From NCBI GenBank assembly GCA_030740435.1, contig JASLXG010000039.1:595-64594 (forward strand): a stretch of 64,000 nucleotides of DNA, written 5' to 3'. The first letter of the stretch is position 1. The number at the start of each line of letters is the position of its first letter. Made by a program: the position numbers and the translations under genes. The notes below the pieces were generated by a model, which did not search any database, was not told the DNA's origin, and was given only the letters and a program-made list of their open reading frames with translations. Positions 32,958-42,372 of this stretch are shown here, one piece after another. This DNA comes from Alphaproteobacteria bacterium. Lineage in GTDB: Bacteria > Pseudomonadota > Alphaproteobacteria > UBA2966.

Positions 32958-34343
32958 TCAGGCCTCCAGCATGCGCCGCAAGAGGTCGATGTCCTCGGCC
33001 AGGGTGCCGTCGGATTCCTTGAGCTCGGTGATTTTCTTGACCGCGTACATCACCGTGGTGTGGTCGCGGCCGCCGAACTTGCGCCCGATCTCGGGCAGCG
33101 AGCGGGTGGTCAGTTGTTTGGCCAGGTACATGGCCACCTGGCGCGGCCGGGCCACGGCCCGGGCGCGGCGCTCGGAATACATGTCGGCCAGGCGGATATT
33201 GAAGTGCTCGGCCACCCGCTTTTGGATGTCGTCGATGGTGACGCGGCGGTCGTTGGCCCGCAACAGGTCGCGCAGCACTTCTTGCGTTGTCTCCAGCGTG
33301 ATGGGCCGGCCGACCAGGTTGGAGTACGCCAGCACGCGGTTCAGCGCGCCCTCCAGCTCGCGCACGTTGGAGGTGATGCGATGGGCCAGGAATTCCAGCA
33401 CCCGCATGGGCACGTGGCTGGCACCGGCCTGTTCCGCCTTGCTTTGCAGGATGCCGATGCGCAGCTCGTAGTCGGTGGCGTGGATGTCGGCCACCAAGCC
33501 CCAGCCCAGCCGCGAGCGCATGCGCTCTTCCATGCCGTCGAGGTCGGAGGGCGAGCGGTCGCCGGAGATGATGATTTGGCGGTTCTGGTCGACCAGGGCG
33601 TTGAAGGTGTGGAAGAACTCCTCCTGGGTGGAATTCTTGTTGGCGATGAACTGCACGTCGTCGATCATCAATACGTCGACCGAGCGGAACTGGTCCTTGA
33701 AGGCCATCACGTTCTTGTACCTGAGCGCCCGGATGAACTGGTACATGAACTTCTCGGCCGAGAGATAGATCACCTTGCGTTCGGGCTGGCCCTCGCGGAT
33801 GTGCCAGGCGATGGCGTGCATCAGGTGGGTCTTGCCCAGGCCCACGCCGCCATAGAGATAGAGCGGATTGAAGGGCACCACCGGCGCCTCGGCGACGCGC
33901 CGCGCCGCGGCGTAGGCCAGTTCGTTGGGTTTGCCGGCGATGAAGTTCCGGAAACTGAAGCGCGGATCGAGCGGTGCCCCCAGTTCCAGGGCCCGGCCAG
34001 GGCCCAGGTTTTCGGCTTCGACCCGGCCACTGGCCGCGCTTTCGGCGCCGTCGTCGAGCGTGTTGCCGAGCTCCGCCGGGCGCACGAAGATATCCACCGA
34101 AGTCACCGCGTTGTTTTCCTCGCCCCACAACAGGCGCAGCTTGTCGGCATAGTTCGAGACCACCCAATCGCGCATGAAACGCGTCGGCAGGGTCATGACG
34201 ATCTGGTCGTCGCTCAAGGAGGCCAGCGTCAGGGGCCGGAGCCAGCTGTTGAAGGCGGCGTCGCCGACCTTGTGGCGCAGGCGGTTTCGCACCCGGCCCC
34301 ACTGGGCCTCGATCTCCGCCGCGATGGTGGCCGACCGGCTCAC
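32958..34343 (-). CDS. dnaA: chromosomal replication initiator protein DnaA
   Basis: Domain I (…WGRVRNRLRHKVGDAAFNSWLRPL…), AAA+ Walker A GGVGLGKTHLMHAIA, and the domain IV DNA-binding signature. Starts at the GTG at 34343. Confidence 0.95.
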   Translation of the reverse strand: MSRSATIAAEIEAQWGRVRNRLRHKVGDAAFNSWLRPLTLASLSDDQIVMTLPTRFMRDWVVSNYADKLRLLWGEENNAVTSVDIFVRPAELGNTLDDGAESAASGRVEAENLGPGRALELGAPLDPRFSFRNFIAGKPNELAYAAARRVAEAPVVPFNPLYLYGGVGLGKTHLMHAIAWHIREGQPERKVIYLSAEKFMYQFIRALRYKNVMAFKDQFRSVDVLMIDDVQFIANKNSTQEEFFHTFNALVDQNRQIIISGDRSPSDLDGMEERMRSRLGWGLVADIHATDYELRIGILQSKAEQAGASHVPMRVLEFLAHRITSNVRELEGALNRVLAYSNLVGRPITLETTQEVLRDLLRANDRRVTIDDIQKRVAEHFNIRLADMYSERRARAVARPRQVAMYLAKQLTTRSLPEIGRKFGGRDHTTVMYAVKKITELKESDGTLAEDIDLLRRMLEA

Positions 34344-34346
34344 GCC

Positions 34347-34814
34347 CTAGTCCTGGATCCAGGGCAGTCCGGCGTGGCGCCAGCCATCCGTCGTGCCGCG
34401 TTGCCCGGCTTCGCTGCGCTCGCCCTCGAAGCCGTCCGAGATGTTGTAGCAAGGCCCAAAACCGGCTTCGGTCATGGCCCGCGCCGCCGCCCGGCTGCGC
34501 ACGCCGGAGCGGCAGAGGAAGAAGATCGGCTGGCCGGGCCGCAGGCCCGCCGCTGCGAGCTGGCCCCGGAAATCGGCATTCCCGGTCATCGCCGGAAAAA
34601 GTTTCCACGAGACGTTGAGCGGCCGCCTGTCGAGCGTCGTGAGGTCGGGTACGCCGACGTAGGACCACTCCGCATTGGTCCGCACATCGACCAGCACGGC
34701 CTCGGCATCGTCGGCCAGTTGCTGCCAGACCAGGGCTGACGGGATGTCCCCGGCATAGCCCTCAGGTGATGAAGTCGCTGTCGTCGTCGTCTCGTTGAGT
34801 GTTCCGCCAGACAT
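34347..34814 (-). CDS. single-domain rhodanese-like sulfurtransferase
   Basis: Active-site loop FLCRSGVRS (CxxGxR) and GFEG motif. ATG at 34812-34814 (MSGGTLNE…). The in-frame upstream ATG at 34952 is an alternative. Its stop codon lies 3 bp before the dnaA GTG. Confidence 0.8.
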   Translation of the reverse strand: MSGGTLNETTTTATSSPEGYAGDIPSALVWQQLADDAEAVLVDVRTNAEWSYVGVPDLTTLDRRPLNVSWKLFPAMTGNADFRGQLAAAGLRPGQPIFFLCRSGVRSRAAARAMTEAGFGPCYNISDGFEGERSEAGQRGTTDGWRHAGLPWIQD

Positions 34815-35156
34815 ACGTGGACCCGCCCCCGGAGACCTTTCGACTTTTAGAACCAATCGGCTGCCGCCCCTGCTGCCGCAAACTTCCGCCGGGCCACCAT
34901 GATATTCTATTACTTGTTTTTTACTTAGGCCCAGCCCTCTGGGTCGGCCCAAGGGTAGTCTAGCGCACGTATAGCTCGCCCCGGAGCCGGGTTTTTACTT
35001 TGCTTGCACTTGATTTAGTGAACCGCAGCGTTGTATCCGAGAGTAATTGACAGCGTGTCCCGGCGCAACGAGATCGAAAGGGGAACACAAAAAAAACTTC
35101 GGCCGCCTTGCGTCTCCACCCCGGGTCGCCACTAGATGTTGGGCCGGTGCGGCGGG

Positions 35157-35192
35157 GCAAAAAAAACCGCGCCCGAGGCGCGGTTTTGCCGA
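35157..35192 (-). terminator. Rho-independent terminator of rpsT (also reads as a hairpin plus U-run on the plus strand)
   Basis: Minus strand: AAAACCGCGCC-TCG-GGCGCGGTTTT followed by TTTTTTTTG. The plus strand has the same stem followed by TTTTG. Confidence 0.75.
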
Positions 35193-35221
35193 CCGCCGCA
35201 GCGGCATTCCCGTCCGGCTCT

Positions 35222-35488
35222 TCAGCCGGCCATCGCCTTGATCCGGGCCGACAGCCGCGAGACCCGCCGCGACGCCGTGTTGGGGCGCAGCACGCCATGG
35301 CTGGTGCCGCGCATGATCTCGGGCTGGGCCGCCTTGAGCGCCGCCCTGGCGACATCGGGGTCACTGGCCGCGATGGCCTCCTCGACCTTGCGGATGAAGG
35401 TGTGGATGCGGCCCTTGCGGGCGCGGTTGACGGCGGTACGCGTTTCGGCGCGGCGCATGCGTTTCTTGGCGGACTTGTGATGCGGCAT
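35222..35488 (-). CDS. rpsT: 30S ribosomal protein S20
   Basis: 88-aa product [31 protein letters not shown]…, a typical S20. Confidence 0.95.
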   Translation of the reverse strand: MPHHKSAKKRMRRAETRTAVNRARKGRIHTFIRKVEEAIAASDPDVARAALKAAQPEIMRGTSHGVLRPNTASRRVSRLSARIKAMAG

Positions 35489-35533
35489 GGTGCGGGTTTT
35501 CTACTATTCTTCTGCGGGCGGAAAGACCGCGCG

Positions 35534-35562
35534 CTTATACTGCCGGCAGCGGCTGCCGTCAA
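35534..35562 (-). promoter_or_regulatory. sigma70-type promoter for rpsT (TTGACG-N17-TATAAG on the minus strand)
   Basis: -35 TTGACG is the reverse complement of 35557-35562. The 17-nt spacer contains the palindrome GCAGCCGCTGCCGGC. -10 TATAAG is the reverse complement of 35534-35539, about 45 nt upstream of the rpsT start. Confidence 0.45.
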
Positions 35563-35602
35563 CGCTTGAGTGCGATGCACATCAGCCGGCTGGCGGCGGC
35601 AA

Positions 35603-36379
35603 TCAGCGGTTTTTGAAGTCGGGCGGGCGCTTTTCGATGAAGGCGGCCATGCCCTCTTTCTGGTCCTCGAGCGCGAAGGTGGCGTGGAAGATGCGGCGCT
35701 CGGCCTTGACGCCCTCGGCCAGCGTGGTCTCGAAGGCCCGGTTGACGGCGTCCTTGACCATCATCACCACGGGCAGCGAAAGCGCCGCGATCTCGCCCGC
35801 CAGCTTGATGGCTTCGTCGAGCAGCTCGGCCGCCGGCACGACCCGGGAGACCAGGCCGGCGCGTTCGGCCTCCTCGGCGTCCATCATGCGGCCGGTGAGG
35901 CACATCTCCATGGCCTTGGCCTTGCCCACCGCCCGGGTCAGGCGCTGGGTGCCGCCGGCCCCGGGGATGATGCCGAGCTTGATCTCGGGCTGGCCGAAGC
36001 GCGCCGTGTCGGCGGCGATGGCGATGTCGCACATCATGGCCAGTTCGCAGCCGCCGCCCAGCGCAAAGCCGGCCACCGCCGCGATCAGCGGTTTGCGGCT
36101 CTGCGTCGCACTTTCCCAGTCGCGGCTGATGAAGTTCTCGAGATAGACGTCGGCATAGTTCTTGGGCTGCATCTCCTTGATGTCGGCACCGGCGGCGAAG
36201 GCCTTTTCGCTGCCCGTGATGACCACGGCGCCGATCGCCGCGTCGGCCTCGAAGGCGCTCAGCGCCTGGCCCATCTCAATCACCAGCGGGGTGCTGAGCG
36301 CGTTCAGGGCTTCGGGCCGGTTGAGCGTGATCAGCCCCACCGGGCCGCGGCTCTCGACGAGGATGAATTCATACGACAT
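35603..36379 (-). CDS. enoyl-CoA hydratase/isomerase (crotonase) family protein
   Basis: Crotonase-fold signature (…[13 protein letters not shown]…AAGADIKEM…[24 protein letters not shown]…). ATG at 36377-36379 ([10 protein letters not shown]…). The ORF-track start at 36439 adds 20 aa. Confidence 0.85.
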   Translation of the reverse strand: MSYEFILVESRGPVGLITLNRPEALNALSTPLVIEMGQALSAFEADAAIGAVVITGSEKAFAAGADIKEMQPKNYADVYLENFISRDWESATQSRKPLIAAVAGFALGGGCELAMMCDIAIAADTARFGQPEIKLGIIPGAGGTQRLTRAVGKAKAMEMCLTGRMMDAEEAERAGLVSRVVPAAELLDEAIKLAGEIAALSLPVVMMVKDAVNRAFETTLAEGVKAERRIFHATFALEDQKEGMAAFIEKRPPDFKNR

Positions 36380-36448
36380 GGGGGACTCCATAAGTGATGC
36401 GACGCCGGGCGTGGTGCAAGATCGCACCGCCCTTGTCAATAGTGCTCT

Positions 36449-36814
36449 TTAGCCCGGAGCGATGGAAAACCGCACCAACAAGCCGTCATCGCCTGCCGGC
36501 TGGGGAAATCGGATGATCAGAGTTTCGCTCTCGCGGCGGTATTGGCTTTTGGATTGGGCGGTCCAGCCAAGCTGGGGCAGGGTCTCGGCGTAGAACTCGA
36601 GCACCCGGGCCGGCGCCACCCGGCCCCGGGCATAGGCCTCGACGATGCGCCCCTCGGGCTTGTCGTAGACCAGGCCCAGCTCCGCCACCTCGCTGAGGCC
36701 GGCCATCAGCGGCAAATCCTCGAGGCTGGCAAAAAAACGCTCCTTGGCACCGCCCGGCGCCGCCCACAGCGCCAGCAGCAACAAAGCCAGTGCGAGCGTT
36801 CGTGCTATCATCAT
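36449..36814 (-). CDS. hypothetical exported protein (signal peptide, 121 aa)
   Basis: MMIARTLALALLLLALWAAPGGA… is a signal peptide. A strong RBS AGGGGG lies immediately upstream. No recognisable domain. The large ORF-track extension to 37543 is antisense to mutM. Confidence 0.55.
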   Translation of the reverse strand: MMIARTLALALLLLALWAAPGGAKERFFASLEDLPLMAGLSEVAELGLVYDKPEGRIVEAYARGRVAPARVLEFYAETLPQLGWTAQSKSQYRRESETLIIRFPQPAGDDGLLVRFSIAPG

Positions 36815-36879
36815 CCCCCTAGTAAACGCCCCCGAGCTGCCGCCGTCCAGTACCCGGCATTCGGCTTTCCGGTTCCCCC

Positions 36880-37725
36880 TCAACGCTGGCGCTTGGCACA
36901 ATAGAACGTCGAGCGGCCGGCCTGGCTGATGCGGCGCACGGTGGCGTCGCAATCGCAGCCCGGGCACTTCTCTCCCTCGCGCCCGTAGACCGAAAAATCG
37001 TGCTGGAAATAGCCCAGCTCGCCCGAGGCCTGGACGTAGTCGCGCAAGCTCGAGCCGCCGGCCGCGATGGCGTCGCGCAGCACCGCCTGCACCGCCGGCA
37101 CCAGCCGTTCGGCCCGCTTGCCGGCCACCGAGGCGGCCAGGCGGCGGGGCGAGATGCCGGCCCGGAAGAGCGCCTCGCAGGCATAGATGTTGCCCACCCC
37201 GGCGACGATCTTTTGGTCCAAGAGCGCCGCCTTGATGGGGGTTTGCCGGCCGCGCAAGCGGGCCGAGAAATCCTCGGCGTTGAACCGGTTGCCCAGGGGC
37301 TCGGGCCCCAGCCCGGCGAGCAACGGGTGGCTTTCGATCTCGTCCGTTGCGGCCAGCACCATCAGGCCGAAGCGGCGCACGTCGTTGAAGACCACGGTGG
37401 TGCCGTCGTCGGTTTCGATGATGACATGGTCGTGCCGGCCTGGGATGAAATTTTCGTGCCGGCCGGGCTCGTGGTTCTCGGCAAAAATAAGCCGTCCCGA
37501 CATGCCCAGGTGGACGATCAGCACGCTGTCGCCGAGATCCCACAAGAGGTACTTGGCGCGGCGCCGGATGGCTTCGATGCGGCGGCCCTCGAGACGGGCC
37601 GGAAAGTTCTCGGGAAAGGGCAGCCTGAGCCCCGCCCGGCGCTGCTCCAGGCGGCGGATGCGCCGCCCCACCAGGCGGCCCTGCAGGCCGCGGCAGACGG
37701 TTTCGACTTCGGGAAGTTCAGGCAT
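36880..37725 (-). CDS. mutM: formamidopyrimidine-DNA glycosylase (Fpg/MutM)
   Basis: N-terminal MPELPEVE catalytic Pro2/Glu3, and a C-terminal zinc finger [27 protein letters not shown]. Confidence 0.92.
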   Translation of the reverse strand: MPELPEVETVCRGLQGRLVGRRIRRLEQRRAGLRLPFPENFPARLEGRRIEAIRRRAKYLLWDLGDSVLIVHLGMSGRLIFAENHEPGRHENFIPGRHDHVIIETDDGTTVVFNDVRRFGLMVLAATDEIESHPLLAGLGPEPLGNRFNAEDFSARLRGRQTPIKAALLDQKIVAGVGNIYACEALFRAGISPRRLAASVAGKRAERLVPAVQAVLRDAIAAGGSSLRDYVQASGELGYFQHDFSVYGREGEKCPGCDCDATVRRISQAGRSTFYCAKRQR

Positions 37726-37790
37726 GGCGCACTCGTTCGGCTGGTGGCCCCAAGGTAGCGCCTCTCTCGGCCCTGCGCTATGGTTCGGAA

Positions 37791-38567
37791 ATGGACCAGC
37801 GGCGCGCAGACACCACCCATTTCGGCTTCCGCACGGTGGCCAGGCGGCACAAGGCGGCCCTGGTGCGCGAGGTCTTCGACGACGTCGCCGGGCGCTACGA
37901 CCTGATGAACGACCTCATGAGCGGCGGCGTTCACCGGCTCTGGAAGGCCGCCCTGGTGGAATGGCTGAAGCCGCGCCCGGGCATGCATCTCGTGGACGTG
38001 GCCGGCGGTACCGGCGATATCTCGTTCCGCGTGCTCGACAGCCTGGGAGGCGGCCAGGCGGCCCAGCGCGCCGGGTTTCGGGCCAGCATCTGCGACATCA
38101 ACCAGAACATGCTCGAGGCTGGCCGCAACCGGGCACAGGACCGCGGATTCGTCGCCGGCGTCGACTGGCTCTGTGCCGATGCCGAGGCGCTGCCGCTGGA
38201 CGACGCCAGCGTCGACGCCTACACCATCGCCTTCGGCATCCGCAACGTCAGCCATATCGCCGCCGCCCTGGCCGAGGCGCGGCGCGTGCTGCGCCCGGGC
38301 GGGCGCTTCCTCTGCCTCGAATTCAGCCGCCTGGTGCTGCCCGGTCTGACGGCGCTATACGATGCCTATTCCTTCCGCGTGCTGCCGGCGCTGGGCGAGG
38401 TCGTGACCGGCAACCGCGAGGCCTACCTCTATCTCGCCGAGAGCATCCGCCGCTTTCCCGACCAGCAGGATTTTGCCGCCATGATCGGCGCGGCCGGCCT
38501 TGACCGCGTGCGGGTACGCAATCTCTCGGGTGGCATCGCCGCCATGCACTCGGCCTGGCGGCTCTGA
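37791..38567 (+). CDS. ubiE: ubiquinone/menaquinone biosynthesis C-methyltransferase UbiE
   Basis: UbiE pattern (…[24 protein letters not shown]…[12 protein letters not shown]…). Divergent from mutM. Confidence 0.9.
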   Translation: MDQRRADTTHFGFRTVARRHKAALVREVFDDVAGRYDLMNDLMSGGVHRLWKAALVEWLKPRPGMHLVDVAGGTGDISFRVLDSLGGGQAAQRAGFRASICDINQNMLEAGRNRAQDRGFVAGVDWLCADAEALPLDDASVDAYTIAFGIRNVSHIAAALAEARRVLRPGGRFLCLEFSRLVLPGLTALYDAYSFRVLPALGEVVTGNREAYLYLAESIRRFPDQQDFAAMIGAAGLDRVRVRNLSGGIAAMHSAWRL

Positions 38568-38582
38568 GTTCCGGGGGCTGAG

Positions 38583-40136
38583 GTGATACGAGCGCTGCGC
38601 AATCTGGGCCGGGTGATCCGAATCGGCCGCACCCTGGCGCGCCATGACGCCTTGTTTCCGCTCGATGGCGCCGGCCTGCCGCCCTATCTGGTGCGCGGCC
38701 TGAAGTTGCTGGCCGGGCCGCCGGGGCGTTTGCCGGGCGAGCTCAGGCCTGGCCAGCGCCTGGCCGCGGCGCTGCAGGAACTGGGCCCCAGCTTCATCAA
38801 GTTCGGCCAGGCGCTGTCGACCCGGCCCGATGTCGCCGGCGATGCCATCGCCGCCGATCTGGGTGAGCTGCGCGACCAGTTGCCGCCCTTTGCCGCCGAT
38901 GCTGCGCGCCAGATCGTCGAGACCGAGTTCGACCGTCCGCTGGACGAGATGTACGCCCGCTTCGACGACCAACCGTTGGCCGCCGCCTCGATCGCCCAGG
39001 TTCACATGGCCGAAACCAGCGACGGTGCCTTGGTCGCCGTCAAGGTACTGCGGCCCGGCATCGAGCAGGCCTTCCAGCGCGACCTCGAGCTGTTTTATTG
39101 GCTGGCCGAAATGGTCGAGTCCTTCCAGCCCGACTTCCGCCGCCTGCGCCCCGTCGAAGTCGTGCACACCTTCAACGACACCGTCGATCTCGAGTTGGAC
39201 CTGCGCCTCGAGGCAGCCGCGGCCTCGGAACTGGCGGAGAACTTCGAGGGCGACGAGAGCTTTCGCGTGCCCCAGGTCGACTGGAGCCGCACCGAACGGA
39301 GGGTGCTGACGCTGGAACGCATCGAGGGCATCCCGATCGACGATATCGAAGCCCTGAAGGCGGCCGGCCACGACCTCGACGCGGTGGCCGCCAAGGTGCT
39401 GCTGGCTTTTCTCAGGCAGGCCTTCCGCGACGGCTTCTTCCACGCCGATTTGCACCAGGGAAACCTTTTCGTCGACCCAGACGGCAACATCATCGCGGTC
39501 GATTTCGGCATCATGGGCCGGCTCGACCGCCGCACCCGGCGCTACGTCGCCGAGGTGCTGCTGGCCTTCCTCACCGGCGAATATCGCCGCGCCGCCGAGG
39601 TCCATTTCGAGGCCGGCTACGTACCAATGCACAAATCCCTCGATCTTTTCACCCAGGCCTGCCGCTCCATCGGCGAACCCATCCAGGGCCGGCCGCTGAA
39701 CGAGATCTCCATCGCCCGCCTTTTGGCCCAGCTCTTTCGCATCACCGAAACCTTCGCCATGCAGACCCAGCCCCAGTTGCTGCTCTTGCAAAAGACCATG
39801 GTGGTGGCCGAAGGGGTGTGCCGCAACCTGGGCCCCGGCGCCAACTTCTGGGAAATCGCCAAGCCCTTCCTGGCCGACTGGGTCAAACAGAACCTGGGAC
39901 CCGAAGCCGCCGTACGCGACACCGTGGACGAGGCCGCCGCCACCATGCGCCAAATCCCCGGGCTGATGGAAAAGGCCCAATTCGCCGCCAGCGCCTTGAC
40001 GCCCCGAGGCCTGCGCCTCCACCCTGACAGCGAACGCGCCATTGCCTACCAGGCGGCGCGGCGGCGCGGCCTGGTGCCGATGCTGCTGTTCGCCGTGGCG
40101 GTGGGCTTGGTGCTGCTGCTGGCAGCCAAAATGTAG
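38583..40136 (+). CDS. ubiB: ubiquinone biosynthesis regulatory protein kinase UbiB (ABC1/ADCK family)
   Basis: ABC1 atypical-kinase motifs (…ASIAQVHMAETSDGALVAVKVLRPGIE…HADLHQGNLFVDPDGNIIAVDFGIMG…) and C-terminal TM helices. Lies 15 nt after ubiE. Confidence 0.9.
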   Translation: MIRALRNLGRVIRIGRTLARHDALFPLDGAGLPPYLVRGLKLLAGPPGRLPGELRPGQRLAAALQELGPSFIKFGQALSTRPDVAGDAIAADLGELRDQLPPFAADAARQIVETEFDRPLDEMYARFDDQPLAAASIAQVHMAETSDGALVAVKVLRPGIEQAFQRDLELFYWLAEMVESFQPDFRRLRPVEVVHTFNDTVDLELDLRLEAAAASELAENFEGDESFRVPQVDWSRTERRVLTLERIEGIPIDDIEALKAAGHDLDAVAAKVLLAFLRQAFRDGFFHADLHQGNLFVDPDGNIIAVDFGIMGRLDRRTRRYVAEVLLAFLTGEYRRAAEVHFEAGYVPMHKSLDLFTQACRSIGEPIQGRPLNEISIARLLAQLFRITETFAMQTQPQLLLLQKTMVVAEGVCRNLGPGANFWEIAKPFLADWVKQNLGPEAAVRDTVDEAAATMRQIPGLMEKAQFAASALTPRGLRLHPDSERAIAYQAARRRGLVPMLLFAVAVGLVLLLAAKM

Positions 40137-40251
40137 CCCCCAGAGGAGGTCTTGCGGGCCTTGCGTTGATTATCGTGGAGAGCTAGGCTGCGGTGGAGTT
40201 CCACAGGCATTTTGCGTGAATTAGGCCTTTTTTCGAAAATAGGTATCCGTC

Positions 40252-41454
40252 GTGCTGAATGGCAAACGTATCCTGTTGATCATCTCCGGCGGCATCGCCG
40301 CCTACAAGACGCTCGAGCTGATCCGCCGCCTGGGCGAGCGCGGCGTCGGCGTGCGCACCATCCTGACGAAATCCGGGGCGCAATTCGTGACGCCCCTTTC
40401 CGTGGCGGCGCTGAGTGGCGAGCGGGCCTACCAGGACCTTTTCTCGCTGACCGACGAAAGCGAGATGGGCCACATTCGCCTCTCGCGCGAGGCCGACCTG
40501 GTGGTGGTGGCGCCGGCCACCGCCAACATCATGGCCAAGGCCGCCGCCGGCATCGCCGACGATCTGGCCACCACGGCGCTCTTGGCCACCGACAAGCCGG
40601 TGCTGATGGCGCCGGCCATGAACCTACAGATGTGGGCCCACGAGGCCACCCAGCGCAACGCCACGCGGCTGGTCGACGACGGTGTTCTCATGGTCGGCCC
40701 CGAGGCCGGCGACCTGGCCTGCGGCGAAATCGGTTCGGGCCGCATGGCCGAGCCGGCCACCATCTTGGCCCGCATTAGCGAGCTGCTGGCCCCGGCGGGA
40801 ACGCCGCTGGCGGGCCGGCGGGCGCTGATCACCTCGGGCCCGACGCGCGAGCCCATCGATCCGGTGCGCTACATCTCCAACCATTCGTCCGGCAAACAGG
40901 GCCACGCCGTGGCCGGCGCCCTGGCCGCCTTGGGGGCGGCGGCGACGCTGGTCACGGGCCCCAGCGCCGAGGCCGACCCGGCCGGCGTCGAGGTGGTGCG
41001 GGTCGAGACGGCGCGCCAGATGTTGGATGCCTGCCAGGCGGCGCTGCCGGTCGACATCGCGGTTTGTGCCGCGGCCGTGGCGGATTGGCGCATTGCCGCC
41101 CCGGCCAGCGGCAAGATGAAGAAGGACGGCGCCGGGCCGCCCGAGCTCAGTTTCGTCGAGAACCCCGACATCCTGGCCACCATCGCCGGCCTCGCCGAGC
41201 AGCGCCCGGCGCTGGTCGTCGGTTTTGCCGCCGAGACCGAAAACGTGGTCGAAAACGCCCTCGCCAAGTGCCGGCGCAAGGGCTGCGACTGGCTGGTCGC
41301 CAACGACGTTTCCAGCCAGAGCGGCACTTTCGGCGGCGAGCACAATACCGTTCACTTGATAGAAGGCGATGCCAGCGAAGCCTGGCCCAAGCTCAGCAAA
41401 CAGGCGGTGGCCGAGCGTTTGGGCCGGCGCATAGCGGATCATTTCGCGGGCTAG
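40252..41454 (+). CDS. coaBC: bifunctional phosphopantothenoylcysteine decarboxylase / phosphopantothenate-cysteine ligase
   Basis: Flavoprotein N-domain (KRILLIISGGIAAYKTLELIRRL…PAMNLQMW…) and CoaB C-domain (…LITSGPTREPIDPVRYISNHSSGKQG…). Confidence 0.92.
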   Translation: MLNGKRILLIISGGIAAYKTLELIRRLGERGVGVRTILTKSGAQFVTPLSVAALSGERAYQDLFSLTDESEMGHIRLSREADLVVVAPATANIMAKAAAGIADDLATTALLATDKPVLMAPAMNLQMWAHEATQRNATRLVDDGVLMVGPEAGDLACGEIGSGRMAEPATILARISELLAPAGTPLAGRRALITSGPTREPIDPVRYISNHSSGKQGHAVAGALAALGAAATLVTGPSAEADPAGVEVVRVETARQMLDACQAALPVDIAVCAAAVADWRIAAPASGKMKKDGAGPPELSFVENPDILATIAGLAEQRPALVVGFAAETENVVENALAKCRRKGCDWLVANDVSSQSGTFGGEHNTVHLIEGDASEAWPKLSKQAVAERLGRRIADHFAG

Positions 41455-41458
41455 CGCG

Positions 41459-41911
41459 ATGACGCTCGAGGTTGCGATCACCCAGCTTCCCCACGCTGCC
41501 GGCCTGGAGTTGCCGGCCTACGAATCCGATCTCGCGGCCGGGCTCGATTTGCGCGCCGCCGTGACCGATCCGGTGGTGCTCGAGCCGGGCGCCCGGGCGC
41601 TGATTCCCACCGGCCTGGCCCTGGCCCTGCCGGCCGGTTTCGAGGCGCAAGTGCGGCCGCGCTCGGGCCTGGCATTGAAAAACGGCGTCACCGTGCTCAA
41701 TAGCCCCGGCACCATCGATGCCGACTATCGCGGCGAGGTCGGCGTAGTGCTGGCCAATTTCGGCGATCAGGCCTTCAGCGTGACGCGCGGCGACCGCATC
41801 GCCCAGCTCGTGGTGGCGCCGGTGACTCGCGTGGTTTGGCGGTCGCAGGACGACCTGGTGGCCAGCGACCGTGGCGCCGGCGGATTTGGCTCGACCGGAG
41901 GCGGCTGGTGA
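41459..41911 (+). CDS. dut: dUTP diphosphatase
   Basis: dUTPase motifs (…AGLDLRA…IPTGLALALP…RPRSGLALKNG…GTIDADYRGEV…RIAQLVV…). Starts 4 nt after coaBC. Confidence 0.92.
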   Translation: MTLEVAITQLPHAAGLELPAYESDLAAGLDLRAAVTDPVVLEPGARALIPTGLALALPAGFEAQVRPRSGLALKNGVTVLNSPGTIDADYRGEVGVVLANFGDQAFSVTRGDRIAQLVVAPVTRVVWRSQDDLVASDRGAGGFGSTGGGW

Positions 41912-42363
41912 TCCGGCTTTCCAAGCGCATGGTGCACGCCCTCGAGGCGGTGGTCGACATCGCCTACAACGCCGGTCCCCATCCCGTGCAATCGCGCGAC
42001 ATCACGGCGCGCCAGCACATTCCCCAGCGTTACCTGGAGCAAGTCATGCAGCGCCTGGTGCGGGCCGGCGTGCTCAAGGGCGTGCGCGGTCCCAAGGGCG
42101 GCTACCGGCTGGCCCGCGAGCGCCGCCGCATCACGGTGGGCGAGGTGGCCCGGGTGATCTACGAGCTCGAGGCGGCCGACGATCCCATCACGGGGGCAGA
42201 GGGCTCGGAGCTGGCCCAACAGGTGGTGCGGCCGGTGTGGCATGAGTTGCGCCAGGATTTGATGAGCCGGCTCGACACCATCACCATCGAGGATCTCTGC
42301 CGCCAGGCCCATCAGTTGGGCATCGAAAGCGACGCCCGCCGGCGCGCCGATTTCGCCATCTGA
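41908..42363 (+). CDS. Rrf2 family transcriptional regulator, CymR-like (single Cys, no Fe-S cluster ligands)
   Basis: From the GTG at 41908 the product starts MIRLSKRMVHALEAVVDIA… with the Rrf2 winged helix (…SRDITARQHIPQRYLEQVMQRLVRAGVLKGVRGPKGGYRLAR…GEVARVI). It lacks the three-Cys cluster of IscR/NsrR. Overlaps the dut stop (GTGA). cysK starts 10 nt after its stop. Confidence 0.75.
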   Translation: MIRLSKRMVHALEAVVDIAYNAGPHPVQSRDITARQHIPQRYLEQVMQRLVRAGVLKGVRGPKGGYRLARERRRITVGEVARVIYELEAADDPITGAEGSELAQQVVRPVWHELRQDLMSRLDTITIEDLCRQAHQLGIESDARRRADFAI

Positions 42364-42372
42364 GGCACCTAC

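Noticed and set aside
32662-34739. 668-aa minus-strand and 559-aa plus-strand ORFs overlapping dnaA
   Set aside because: Off-frame or antisense to DnaA, whose AAA+ and domain IV motifs are unmistakable in its own frame.
34815-35150. oriC upstream of dnaA (and in the dnaN-dnaA gap 32666-32957)
   Set aside because: No cluster of DnaA-box-like 9-mers (TTATCCACA or variants) and no AT-rich DUE were found. In many alphaproteobacteria oriC lies elsewhere (near hemE or parAB).
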